Below the pieces are notes generated by a model, which did no database searches, was not told the origin of the DNA, and saw nothing but the letters and a program-made list of their open reading frames with translations. The translations under genes were made by a program, and so were the position numbers. From positions 19,656,001 through 19,720,000 of the forward strand of contig NC_058369.1 of NCBI RefSeq assembly GCF_018350175.1: a DNA stretch of 64,000 nucleotides. Reading direction: 5' to 3'. The DNA is from Felis catus (taxonomy: Eukaryota). Shown piece after piece: positions 38,592 through 52,349 of this stretch (within the stretch, counting starts at the first letter, position 1; each line of letters opens with the position of its first letter).

Positions 38592-38811
38592 GGGGCGCCT
38601 GGGTGGCGCAGTCGGTTAAGCGTCCCACTTAAGCCAGGTCACGATCTCACGGTCCGTGAGTTCGAGCCCTGCGTCGGGCTCTGGGCTGATGGCTCAGAGC
38701 CTGGAGCCTGTTTCCGATTCTGTGTCTCCCTCTCTCTCTGCCCCTCCCCCGTTCATGCTCTGTCTCTCTCTGTCCCAAAAATAAATAAAAACGTTGAAAA
38801 AAAAATTTAAA
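38592..38811 (+). mobile_element. Young feline Can-SINE inserted into an older antisense Can-SINE (about 38555-39001)
   Basis: TSD agaaaagagag at 38582-38592 and 38812-38822. Confidence 0.93.
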
Positions 38812-39327
38812 AGAAAAGAGAGAGAGAGAGGGGCAGTACGCAAGTGGGGGAGGGGCAGAGAGAGACAGACAGAACTGGAAGCAGGCTCCAGGTTCTGAAC
38901 TGTCAGTACAGAGCCTGACGCGGGGCTCGAACCCGTGAGCCATGAAATTATGACCTGAGCCAAAGTCAGACACTCAACCACATGGGCCTCCCAGGTGCCC
39001 CTGAAGATGTCTTCATTTTATCCTAACTCTTATCAATAGTGTAGATATAGAATGCTAAGTTAGAAATTATTTTCCTTCACCATATTTAAGGCAGTGTCTA
39101 TTGTTTTCTGGCTTGCAGTGTTAGAAGTCTGTGACTCCTGATCTTTTAGGTACAATCTGTTTTTCCTACTTGGAAGCTTATTAATAGAATCATAATTCTC
39201 CCAGAATTCTGGGATTTCACAATACGTTCACAAATTTCACAGTTCTGTTCTTTGGGTTGGGTTTATTTTTGTCCAATATGTTGGGTCCTTGGGGCCCCTT
39301 TTTATTAACTCTAAATAGATAGCATGA

Positions 39328-39650
39328 TGCATGAAATAAGTCAGAGAAAGGTAAATACCAGATGATTTCTTCACTCATGTGGAATTTAAGAAACAAAACA
39401 GATGAACAAAGGGGAATGGGTGGAAAAAAAGAGGGAGGCAAACCACAAGAGACTCCTAACTGTAGAGAACAAAATGAAGGTTGCTTGAGGGAGGTGGGCC
39501 AGGGATGGGCTAAATGAGTGATGGGGATTAAGGAGGTCATTTGTGATGAGAACACTGGGTGTTATACATAAGTGATAAATCACTAAATTCTGCTCCTGAA
39601 ACCAATATTGCAATATATGTTAACTAGAATTTAAATACAAATTTGAAACA
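39328..39650 (+). mobile_element. L1 3' tail
   Basis: TSD taaat(a)gatagcatga at 39312-39327 and 39651-39665. Confidence 0.85.
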
Positions 39651-41469
39651 TAAATGATAGCATGAGAATGCCTGAAGGGTAAAAAGTGTTGGATACTAGA
39701 ATTTGGAGAGCACAGTGTTAGAAAGGGGCTGGAGTTTTTTTGTGTATGTTCACATAATCCTATTTTTTGTACTCATTGCTACTGCTAAGATGTGCCTGGT
39801 GTCGCCCAATCTAGAATAAAAATGCATTTACTTTTCTGGAGAATAAACTTCCAGCCATTTTCCTGAGTGGAGGAAAGGGGATACACTGAGATAATGGATT
39901 GGAGGAGGTAAATCTAATGTTCTAAATGCTGCCTAGAAATTTTATATCAATCTTTTCTTATTTTAGCATCTCCCTTGAACTCCTTCCTCCCTACCTCCTT
40001 CCCGCCACTTCCAGAGTTACCCGTTACTGCCAGTTCTTGAGCTTGTTAAGAATTTTGAGGTGTAAATTGGGTTGGTTCTTTTTACTATTGGTACGGGTTT
40101 GGTTTTCTCAGACTGGTCCATCTGTTTTTCAGCTTTTAAAATTACTTAAGTTTTGTTTCCTTTCCCATTTCTTCATCGTATGGGTTACAGGATTAAAAAT
40201 AAATTTTTTTCTTAACTGTGGTTTTAGTTAGATTTTAGGAGGGAGTGAAATTAGATGTATTTGGCTAGCTTCCTTTACACTTTAAATTTAAAAATTTTAT
40301 GGTTTCAGTATTTGGTGGAGCAGGGAAAATGATGATTTTTAAACTTTTACATCCTAACACACCTGGTAAATCATCAAGAAATTACTTCTCATGTATTAGG
40401 ATACTTGGAGTATAGGGTCTGAAGAAGTTTTTCCTACAAAGAACCAGAAGTTCTGTTTTCTTGAATGCTTGACCCAGGAACTTAAGATTGAGTGCCGTAT
40501 GCTTGCAAGGTTTTTAGAAATCTGTGGCTGTTTTTCCATGGATGTCAGTAAACTTAGGTGCATGTTCCTCAAAGAGTGGCCACAGCTTTCATCAATTCTC
40601 AGGCAAGTTTCATCAATTCTCAGGCAAGTTAGGTTTTAAAGTGAAGTGATATACGGGTTTTATCCTATTTTCTATCCTAGGTAAAGATTGGATCCACCCT
40701 CTGAATCCCAGCATTTTGTCAGTGTTGGCCTTTTATTCAGGCAGTTATAATGAGGGACTGTTTCCAAATCACAATAGAAAATTTTAAGGTGTTTTTTTCT
40801 GCCTTGAATAAAATATCACTTTCTTTTTATTACCTGTTTTCAGTTTATCTGCTGTGTCTAGTGAGCCTGGTTTGTATTTTCTAGGTTTATGATTTTGCAT
40901 CAGTAGTCTTAAAACGTTGATATTTCAGGGCTCAGTGTATGGTTGCTAGTAGGATTTTTTTAAATCAGTTTTTGAAAATCATTTTTTTGTATTTCTAGGC
41001 AGAAACAATTCTCTATAATTATGCTACTGCATAATGACAATTTTCCAGCTAAATAAACAGCATGTTGAGATTGTGTGCTATGGTTATTGTACTAACTCTT
41101 GGAGTCATGTTCTTCCACTTGAGTTTTTTAGAGTTTTATTTAGATTTAGGTGTACTTTAAAATATCTCTAGTCCAGTACTTTTCATCTCTTGTAGTTTTT
41201 TGTATTATCTTGCTGTCTTGTTTTCTCATTGACCTATAGTGGGGAATGGTTTAATTGTCCTTCAGGCAGGACAGGTATATACCAGTGTATTGCACTAAAT
41301 TATGTTTTTGTTAGGTGAAGTCAGTCTACCAATGTGTCTTTCCCTTCTTAATTGTTTTTATTTTATTTTTAGACTAGCTGTCATTTTGTGACTATATATT
41401 TTGCATTGTCCTGCAGTATCTTCCTTCAAACATTTCTACTTAAAAAAAATTGAACTACCTATTCTTTAG

Positions 41470-41665
41470 CACTTCATTTTATTTTTCACTTTAGCATGCA
41501 CTTGACCATCTGACATACCATATATTTTTGATTTTTTTTACAACCTGTTTATTTCCAGAATGTTTAAGCTTCACAGGCACAAGGGTTTTTGTATCTTTTG
41601 TTGACTGCTGTGTCTCCAGAGCCTAGAATAGTGCCTGACATATGATAAATACTTGTTGAATGGAT
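41470..41665 (+). mobile_element. L2 3'-end relic
   Basis: ctgtgtctccagagcctagaatagtgcctgacat...aaatacttgttgaatg is typical of the L2 3' terminus (recalled consensus). Confidence 0.7.
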
Positions 41666-41877
41666 TTCTACCCATTCATATGATTCTCTTTTTCAAAACA
41701 AGTATAAAGAGAAAGTTTTTGATTAGGACACAGTCCTAGATTTGAATCCTAATTTGACTTCTTACTAGTTTTGTGACCCTGTTCACTAATTGAACAATTT
41801 GTTACCTTTTTCCTTCTCTATGAGACTTGGCAACTAAATTTGGATTTAAAGTGAGCCATCCCAGTTCACCTTGACTG

Positions 41878-43660
41878 CTTTAAAAAAAAACATTACCGAA
41901 TTATAATTGAGATACAATAAGCTGCACCTACGTAAAGTGTCCAATTTGGGGGACACCTGGATGGCTCAGTAGGTTGTGTCTGACTTCAGCTCAAGTCATG
42001 ATCTAATGGTTCATGAGTTTGAGCCCTGCGTTGGGCTCTGTGCTGACAGCTTAGAGCCTGGAGCCTGCTTTAGATTCTGTGTCTCCCTCCTTTCTCTTTG
42101 CCCCTCCCCTGCTCACGCCTGGAGCCTACTTTGGATTCTGTATTTCTTTCTCTCTCTGCCCTCCCCCACTGTACTCTGTTCCTGTCTCTTTCTCTCAAAA
42201 AGAAATAAACATTAAAAAAGTAAACTGTACAATTTGGTAAATTTTGACATATGTATTCACCCTTGAATCCATCACTATAATCACTCCCAAAAGTTTCTTT
42301 AATCCCACCCTTTTATCCTTTATCCTTTCTTTCCCTTCTTGTCCCTTTCCTTATCTTCAGACAACTACTGATCTGTTTTTTGTCACTGTACATTAGTTTG
42401 CATTTTCTAAAATTTTATATGTTAGTCATACTGCATGTACTCTTCTTTTGCCTGCTTCTTTTCATTTAGCCTAATTATTTTGAGATTTATCTATGCTTTG
42501 TTTATCTATTGCATGTATCAATAGTTCATTCCTTGCTGAATAGTATTTTATTGTATAGACATGCCACAGTTGTTTATTCATTCATTTGTTGATGGGTATG
42601 TGGGTTGTTTCCATTTTTTTGCTAATTACACATAAAGCTTCAATGAGCACCCATGTATATAGGTCTTGGAATGGTTGTCTTTTTCCTTTCCTCTTGGGGA
42701 AATAAATACCTGGGAGAGGAATGGCTGGATTATGTGGTATGTGGTTTAACTTCTTTTAGAAACTGCCACACTTTTTCCCAAAATGATAGTGCTGTTTTAT
42801 AATCCCAGTATATGAGAATTCCATTTTTTTCACATCCTTGCCAACATTTGGTATGGTCAGTCTTTTTAATTAAAGCTAACTATCTGTAGGTATGTAACAA
42901 TATCTCATTGTGGCTTTAAGTTTGCATTTACCTAGTGACTAATGATGTTGAGCATCCTTTTATGTGCCATCTGTTTACTTTCTTTGGAGTGAATGTACAA
43001 ATCTTTTTGCCCGTCTAAAAATTAGGCTTTTTTCATATCGTTGGGCTTTTTTAGTTCTCGTTGTTTTTGAAATTTTGGAATCATTTATTTAAGTCATGCT
43101 TTCCATGATCTTAAAATTTCATGCCCCATATCTCAGTTTTTCTTTTTATCATAATAGCTTTTAAAAATTGTGATCAACTATACATAACATAAAATTTACC
43201 ATTTTAACCATTTTTGAGTACATTCACAATGTTGTGTAACCATTACCATTATCTATTTCCAGAACTTTTCATTATCCCAAACAAAAAACTCTAAACTTAG
43301 GCCTCCTGGGTGTCTCAGTTGGTTAAGCATTCAACTCTTGTGTTCAACTGAGGTCTGGATCTCAGGGTGATGAATTCAAGCCCTGCATTGGGCTTCATGA
43401 ACGTGTGAGCCTACTTAAACAAACAAACAAACAAATCACACACAAAAATACCCCTTCTAAACTTGCTAAACAGTAACTCCTCATTCTGTCCTCCCCCTGG
43501 TCTACATATTTTACATAACTGGAATCATGTAACCCTTGTCCTTTGTGTTTGTCTTATATCACTTAGCATAATGTTTTCAAGGCTCATCCACTTGTATCAT
43601 GTATTAGAACTCAATTACTTTTTATTGTTGACAGTATTTTTTTTTTTTTGGCTGACAGTA

Positions 43661-43695
<35 letters not shown>

Positions 43696-46600
43696 TGTCT
43701 GTGTGACATTTATTTACTAATTTGTTGAAGGACACTTAGATTGTTTCCATTTTTTGGCTATTGTGATTAATGCTGCTGTGAAAATTGATGCATATGACTG
43801 AGTCCCTGCTTTTAGTTCTTTTTGGTATACACGTAGGAGTGGAATTCTTGGATCATATGGTAGTTCTATGTTTAACTTTTTGAGGAACCACCAAACTGTT
43901 TTTCATAGCACCTGCACCATTTTACATTTTCACCAGCAATGTACAAGGGTTCCAATTTCTCCACATCCTTGCCAACACTTACTATTTTCTGTTTTTAAAG
44001 AGAAAACAGTAGCCATCCTAGTGGGTGTAAAGTAGGTTTCATTTGCATTTTTCTAATGACTAGTGAAATTGGACACCTTTTCATGTGCTTATTACAGCTA
44101 TTTGTGAAATGTCTATTAAATCCTTTGCCTGTTTTTGAGTTGGATATATTTTTTATTTTTATTTCTGTTAAGTTGTGGGACTTTTTATAGATTCTGTACA
44201 TTAAAGACATGGTTGTCTTAACATGGTTAGAGATATTTTCTACCATTCTGTGGACTTTCTTTTCACTCTGTTAATAGTGTACCTTGATGGACAAAAGCTT
44301 TTAATTTTGATGAAGTCCAATTTATTTTCTTTTGTTGTGCTTTTGGTGTCCTATCTGAGAAACCATTGTCAAATCTAATGTCATGAATTTGCCCATTTTC
44401 TTCTATGAATTTGATAGCTTTAGCTCTTATATTTCGGTCTTTGATCCATTTTGAGTTAATTTTTGTATGTGTGTAAGGTTAAGATCCAACTTCATTTTTT
44501 TGCATGTGGATATTCAGTTTTCCCGGCACCCATTTCCCAAAGTCTTTTTTCCCTCATTTGATGGTCTTGGCACTCTTGTTAAAATCTGTTGACTATATGT
44601 GTCAGGATTCATTTCTGGCTTTTAATTATATTCCAGTGAATCTATGTGGCTGTCTTTATGCCAGTACCATATTGGCTTTTTTCTTTTTTTTTTTTTTTAA
44701 TGTTTTTTTATTTTTAAGAAATCTCTACACCCAACGTGGGGCTTGCACTCACCACCCCGAGATTAAGAGTCATATGCTCTTCTGACTGAGCCAGCCAGGT
44801 ACCTCCCATATTGTTTTGATCAGTGTAGTAGTAAGTTTTGAAACTAGAATGTGTGAGTCATACAACTTTGTTCTTTTTTGTTTGTTTTTTATTAGAGAGA
44901 GAGAATTCACGTGAGCAGGGAAGGGGGCAGAGAGAGAAAGAATCCTAAGCAGACTCAGTGCTCAGCATGGATCCCAATGAGGGACTTCATACCATGATCC
45001 TGGGATCACAACCTGAACCGAAATCAAGAGTCGGAACTCAACCAACTGAGCCACCCAGGCGCCCCAAACTTTGTTCTTTTTTTTTTTTTTTTAATTTTTT
45101 AATGTTTATCTTTGAGAGAGAGACAGAGCGTGAGCAGGGGAGGGGCAGAGAGAGACGGAGACACAGAATTCTAAGGAAGCTCCAGGTTCTGAGCTGTCAG
45201 CACACAGCCTGATGTGGGGCTCGAACTCACACATCATGAGATCATGACCTGAGCCAAAGTTGGACGCCCAACCTATTGCTTCACTCAGGCACCCCACTTT
45301 GTTCTTTTTAAAGATTATTTTGGCTACGTGGAGTCTCTTGAGATTCCCTATGAATTTTAGGGTGAGTTTTTCTATTTCTGCAAAAAATACTCTTGCGATT
45401 TTGATAGGAATTGCATTGGATCTGTAGATAGCTTTGGGTGGTATTGTCATCTTAACAGTATTAATTCTGTCAATCATGAACATGGGATATGTTTCCACTT
45501 ATGTAGATTTTTAATTTCTTTCAGCATTGCTTTGTAGTTTTCACCATTCAAGTCCCATGCGTCTTTGGTTAAATTTATTTCTAAGTGTTTTATTCTTTTT
45601 TGATGCTATTGTAAATGGAATTGGGTTACAACCAAAGAAAGTATCTGCACTGGTACATCAGGGATATATCCAAAATGTGTAACACTGAATTTTTGGTGGA
45701 CAAGACTCACACTGCCTGCTCTGGCACCAGGCAGTTACTCCAGGAAAACCGGTTGCTATTCCCATTGCTGGACAGGGGCTGACGAATGGGTTGGGATAGC
45801 TGATTTGCATATATTGTTCTGCCCAGGATCAGCAACATCTCCCTTCATCCCTTCATAGTGAGCACTCCTCTATAAGTGTCCAGTTAGGTTCCAGCATTCC
45901 AAGATAGTTGATTCTTGTCATTTTTTCCAGTTCACAGGTTCTTTCAGTGGAGGGACCAACTTGTAGAGCTCTCACTCTGCTGTTGTGTGTGACATCACAC
46001 TTATTTTTGGATTTTAAGAGTTTTTAAAAATGTATTTAGGACACAAGTCCTTTATCAGATATATGATTTGTAAAGGTTTTCTTCTAGTCTGAGTCTTGTC
46101 TTTTCATTCTCTGAACAGTGTCTTTCAAGGAGCAAAAGTTTTAAATTTTGGTGATATGCAGTTTATCAATTTGTCCTTTTATGGATTATGCTTGTCAAAG
46201 AAATGTTTGCCTAGCCTGAGGTCACAATGATTTTCTCTGACATTGTCTTCTGTAAGTTTTATAGTTTTAGGTTTATATTTGGGTCTATTATCCATTTCAT
46301 CCATTTCAAGTTGTTGTTGTTGTTGTTTTTTAATACAGTACAAGGTATGGATGTAACCTCTTTTTTTTTTTTTTTTTTTTGTATAGATATCCAGTTGTTC
46401 TGGCACCATTTGTTGAATAGGCTATCCTTTTGACACTGCAGTTTCTTTGTGTCTTTTAAAAAAATTAGCTGTCTGTATATGTGTGGGTTTATTTCTGTAA
46501 TCTTTATTTTGTTCCACTGATCTGTTAGTCTGTCTTTACATTAATACCATGATGTTTTGATTATTGTAGCTTTATAATAATTATTGAAATCAGGTAGTCT

Positions 46601-47480
46601 TATTTTTTGAGAGACAGTGCACGTGCACATGTCCATGCATGAGCAGGGGAAGGGCCGAGAGAGAGGTAGAGGGAGAATCCCAAGCAGGCTCCATGTTGCT
46701 TTCAGCACAGAGCCCACCCTGGGGCTTGATCTCATGAACCACGAGACCATGACCTGAGCCAGCATCAAGAGTCAGATGCTTAACCGATGGAGTCACTCAG
46801 GTGCTGATGAAATCAGGTGGTCTTAATATTCTATTTTCTTTTTTAAAGTGTTTTGGCTGTTCTGTCTTTCATTTCTATATAATTTAAAAAATCAGTTTGT
46901 CAGTTTCTACAGAAAACTGGGATTTTGATTGAGATTGCACTGAATCTGTAGATCAACTTGGAGAATATTGCCATTTTAACTGTATGAAGTCTTTCAACTA
47001 ATAAACAGGGCATATCTATCCATTTATTTGGGTCTTCTATAATTTGTCTCAGGAATATTTTTCTGTGTACATATTTTTCCCACTTATTTTTGTCCTATTT
47101 ACACCTATGTATTGCATATTTTGATGTTATTTTAAATGATAATATTTTTCAAAATCTCCTTTTCTGTTTTCTGTTATTATACAGAAATGTGATTGATTTT
47201 TATGTAGTGATCTTGTAATAAGTGTACTAAACTCACTTGCTAGTTCTAGTTACTTATTTGGTAGATTCCATTTGATTTTCTGTCATCTGGATAGTAGATA
47301 ATAGATAATCCTGTCATCTGCAAATAGAGTTTTACTTCTTCTATTCCAATTTTGATGATGCTTTTTATTTCTTTTTCTTTCCTGACTGTGCTGGGTAGGA
47401 TCTTCAATACAATCTTAAAGGTGGTGAGAGTGGGCATATTTTCTTTTTTCTGATCTTAGAGAGAAAGGATTCAGTCTTAT
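41878..47480 (-). mobile_element. Nested old antisense L1M elements with SINEs (about 41948-42219 +, 43300-43435 +, 44680-44807 -, 44878-45295 two copies -, 46600-46806 -)
   Basis: Antisense L1 3'UTR and ORF2 remnants ([38 protein letters not shown]). Confidence 0.75.
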
Positions 47481-48992
47481 AAAGTTGACTTCTGAAAATT
47501 AAACTAGTGAGCTCTGAAAATTAAACTAGTGGATGTCAGTAACCACTGTGGGGGAAAACCAAGAGGTTATGTAGGTTGCCAAAGAGTGTGAAATGTTCTC
47601 TGTAGAGAGCAAAGACTGCAGTGTGGTCATAACTGGGGAAGGAATGAATAAAGGGCATGGACGGTCAAGAGAGTGGAAAAGAGAGTTCCAGAGAGCCAGA
47701 TGTTGGTAGTATTTGTGTGCTCTTCAGAGAAGAGAGACATGAGGTTTTTTGTTTGTTTGTTTTGTTTTTTTTAACAAAGTACAGTTTCTGGAGGATAGTG
47801 CTTTACGGTGGGATAAGGTTGGTACTTTTAGGCTTTGTATGACTTGTATGAAATACCTCCTTTAAACTCTTCACCCCCTTTTACAATGGTTTTTTGCTTA
47901 CCAAACTGCCTTCTAATACACTTGTGTATTCTCCTACCAGTAGTATTGCCTTGAAAAAGGCACATCAGTGTCTTGGATGATGGGAAAGAAAGTTCTACAT
48001 TAAAAAGTTAATTATTTAGTAGATTAATTATTTGGGGGGATTAATTATGAGGTGACTACTGTGAGTCAGATGAACTCTCTTGGAATGCCTTCTCATTTGT
48101 TGTAAGAAGTAATGCTGTCTTTTAGTTCTCTTAGAAGACTTGTCATTTTGATTCCTCTTGCTGATAACTAACTTCCCTCTCCTCTTCCTTCCTCCTTTCC
48201 CCTCCCCTTCCTCCCCTCCCCTCCCCTTCCTTCTTAAGATTAAATGTGTTAATAAGTGTGATATGCCTAGGAAAGTTCTGGAAATGGGAGTAGGCCTTCA
48301 TCAGTTAGTCTATTTCTGTCAACATTCATCTCCTTCCTATAGCCTTTATAGGTATAGCTTTAAATAGCCTTCCTTTACTCCAGATATTTAATTAACATCT
48401 TATTCTGTTTCCACAGACTAGCACAATTTAACATTTAATGTTTGCATAGCTGTAGATGATATTCTTTTTGTCACTTATGTTGGAAGTACATTTCTAGTAT
48501 GGTATGGCACAAGGGAGTGGGAATAGGGAAGGAAAGATTATATTTAGGGCAAAGGGAAGTTGAAAGGAAAGTAAAAGCTATGGTTTTCTTCTCTACCTGG
48601 CCTTTTAAATAGTTTCAGACAGTTTTCTTATTAGTACCTGTGTTTATCTGGTTTAAAAGCCTAGTGGCTTATTAAGGATAGACATTTTCATGAATCAATT
48701 TACAGTCAGTGTCTCTTTCCAAACTTATTTTTATACCTATTTTTCTCAGTCCTGTCAGTGAACATCATGTTTGACTACCTCTATGGATTAAGCATGGCTC
48801 ATAGAAAAATTCCATTGTAGGTGCTCCTTATCACTCAGTAACTATTCTAAAAAGGAAGGAAGGGAAGTATCTCTAGAAGCAAATTACAGTTACATTGTTA
48901 TATTTACTTTCTAGTGAGACATTAAATAAAAACTTGGGCCCTTTCGGTAAATTTAATCATTACAGATGCACTGAGGTGGCATTTAACTGATG

Positions 48993-49083
48993 TATATATA
49001 TCTATATATATATATATACATATATATATATGTATATATAGATATATATAGATATATATAGATATATATAGATATATATATAT
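48993..49083. repeat. (TA)n / (GATATATATA)n microsatellite
   Basis: Direct reading. Confidence 0.95.
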
Positions 49084-49927
49084 TTTTTAGAAACTAGCTC
49101 CATAGTTAATACTCTTCTTTCCATCTCTGTTTTCAATTTGTTATACACACTAGATTTTTTCCAGTGTCCTACTAGCCCTTAAGGAATATATATTATACTT
49201 TTTATTTTGTATTGCAATGTTTCACTTGCTTTGCATGAGGTAGTGCTAAAGTAATGGCTAATTACCAGTTGTGAAAGAGGTGTGGGTTACTTTGGCATTA
49301 TTCATGGCCAATTTTGTGTGCCTTAAGTCAGATTTTCTTTGCTATCCATGTTCTCCCAGGGTGTGCTGCTCCCTCAATCCAGCTCAAGGAACGCAAATTA
49401 ACTTCATTATGGGCTCAAACAAAACTTAGTTAAGAGGACAAATCTGTTCGAAGAAAGCATGTATTACCAAGCCAAACAAATTATTTTTGTTTGAAGCACA
49501 TATTTTTCTTTTTATTTTCATTGGTATGGATAATACAGAAATGACTATTGTTGGGATTGTTTCTCATTTAATCTAATAATTATCCTGGCGTTAACAAATA
49601 ACAATGCAATAATGCTTCAAATGCAAACTATTTTGTAGTTTTTTGACCTAGAAATAAGAAAAATAATCGTAAAATATGTAAGAGACTGAAAATATTTTTG
49701 TGGGTTTCTTAAGCAGTACTAAGGTGATAATGTTGGACACAGTCTGTATTAAAACTATTAAAAATTTTTTTAAATGTTTATTTATTTTTGAGTCAGACAT
49801 TTAACCAAATGAGCCACCCGAGTACCCCTTAAATGGTCTCTTAACATTAATGTTCCCTATGATTAGAATCAGTTGCAAATCTTCATCTGTCAATGCTGAT
49901 CTGTAATGAGATTTTATGTTTTTCATC

Positions 49928-50111
49928 TTTAAAAAAAATTTGAGAGAGGGAGCACGAGTGGGGATGGGCAGAGAAGAGGGAGAGAGAGAATCTCAAGGGG
50001 CTCAATGCTGTCAGCACAGATCCCAAAGCAGGGCTTGAACTCACAGTGAGATCATGACCTGAGCTGAAATCGAGTGTTAGATGTTTAACGACTGAGACAC
50101 CCAGACGCCCC
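49928..50111 (-). mobile_element. Older Can-SINE
   Basis: TSD tgtttttcatcttta flanks. Confidence 0.82.
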
Positions 50112-52209
50112 TCTGTTTTTCATCTTTATAAATACTTTTTAAGACAGATAGATATTACTAAATACTGATGTCAGTCTGTAGGCACATATTTAATTTGAGA
50201 ATATTCATTATTTGGAAGGCATTTATGGAATTTATTAGCATCTTCTCTTGTTATTTGCCTTTTAGCCTGTCATTACATTTGAGATTAAAGTATTTCCAAC
50301 CGATGGTTAGGTGGAAGTTCCTCAGTTGCACCATTATATGGGTTTTGAAATACGAAAATTTCCTTTGCAGTTGCATTGAAGTTTAAAAAAAAACTGCAGG
50401 AACTGTATTTTGAGCACAAAAATGTGTACGATCCAAATTTGGGTTAGAATGGAGACACTGTTTCTTTTTTTTAACTTTTGAAAGTATGAGGAGTTTATAA
50501 AGCAGCTTAACATTAGTTGTGATTCACATTGGCATCAAAATATCTCTAATATAGTTATGTTTCACAAATAAGTGTGATTTTAATTGGATTCACTAATAAA
50601 CATTATCAAGACTGGAAGCAAAAATTAATTTCCAAAGCCATTTATTATTTGATAATAGTGGATGAAGGAAGTTCTCATTCATAAAAATTGCAGTCACAGC
50701 TTGAAATACAATAAAACTGCAATAAAACTTGACCACTACTAAGCCATCTTGCTGCTGGATACTTTAGCAAGTCAGTATACTTCCCTTATGTTTCTTATAA
50801 AAATTCACAGAGATGAAGATGATCAAGTCCATGTGAGCAAATGAAGTTTATTGTTGGCTAATGGCAGACTAACACATGAGAGTCATATAATTTCTGTAGA
50901 GTACTTGCTGATGATCATACAATGAATAACCACAGGTTTTAAACATCTTACATTTTTATAAGCTTTGGAAATTGGTCTAATTAAGTTATTTTCAGCTCAT
51001 GTATATATTTACTACCATTAATTATAACACATCTTAGTAGCTTCCACTTCAGATGGTACCGAGTTAATGTCTCAACTTGTTCAGTCACTTCAGACTTGGA
51101 ATTGACTTCTTGAATATAACCGAGCAGTATCAGTAATATATGTTGACTTATTAAGAGTCAAGGAAAGCCACTTGCATTTCTTTGCCTTTTTAAAAAAGTA
51201 TATCATTCGGTGGTTTTAATGTATTTAAAAAGTTGTGTAATCATCATCACTATCTAATTCCAGAAAATTTTCATCTCCATAAAGAATCCCTGTATCCAAT
51301 GACAGTCACTCCACATTCCTCTCTCCCCTCCAAGGACATAGAATTTACTAATCTCTCTGTATCCATGGATATGCCTATTCTGGACATTTCATATGAATGG
51401 AATCCTACAATATGTAGCCTTTTGTGTCTGGCTTCTTTAATTTAGCATAAGTTTTCAAAGCTCATCATGGTAGTAGCATGTATCAGTACTTCATTCTTTT
51501 TTATGGATGATACTATTCCATTGAATGGATATACTCCATTTATACCTTTATCCATTTGATGGATATATGGATTGTTTCTACTTTTTGACTATTACAATTG
51601 TGTTATGAACCTTTGTGTTTAACTTTTTGTGTGAGCATATGTTTTCAAGTTTTCTTGGGGTGTATACGTAGGAGTGGAAATTCTGGATCATATGATAATT
51701 ACACGTTTAACTTTTTGAGGAAGTGCCAAACTGTTTTCTACAGCAGCTGCACCATTTTATATTCCTACCAACAATACATCCCTACATTTTTTAAATGTTT
51801 ATTTATTTGAGAGAGAGAGGGAGAGAGAAAGAAGGGAAGAGAAGAGAGAGAGGAGGAGGGGCCAAGAGAGAAGGAGACCCAGAATCTGAAGCACAGAGCT
51901 GTCAGCACAGAGCCTGATGTGGGGCTTGAACTCATGAATGTAGAGATCATGACTTGAACTGAAGTCAGACACTTCACTGACTGAGTCACCCAGGATCCCC
52001 AGCATCCCTATATTTTTATTGTCAAACTTTTTTTTAATTTGCTTTTTAAAAAAATTTTTATTTTTTTAATTTATATCCAAGTTAGTTAGCATGTAGTGCA
52101 ATAGTGATTTCAGGAATAGATTCTTTAATGCCCGTTACCCATTTAGCCCATCCCCCTCTCCCACATCCCCACCAGCAACTCTCTGTTCTCCATATTTAAG
52201 AGTCTCTTA

Positions 52210-52349
52210 AGGACTGAGAACAAACCAAGGGTAGATGGGGGGTGGGGGAGAGGGGAAAGTGGGTGATGGGCAGGGAGGAGGGCATTTGTTGGGATGAGCA
52301 CTGGGTGTTGTACGGAAACCAATTTGACAATAAGTTATATTAAAAAAAA
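52210..52349 (+). mobile_element. Short sense L1 tail inserted into the antisense L1 3'UTR
   Basis: TSD aagagtctctta at 52198-52209 and 52350-52361. Confidence 0.88.

Noticed and set aside
38592..38680. tRNA gene (A and B boxes)
   Set aside because: tRNA-derived SINE head followed by SINE body and tail.
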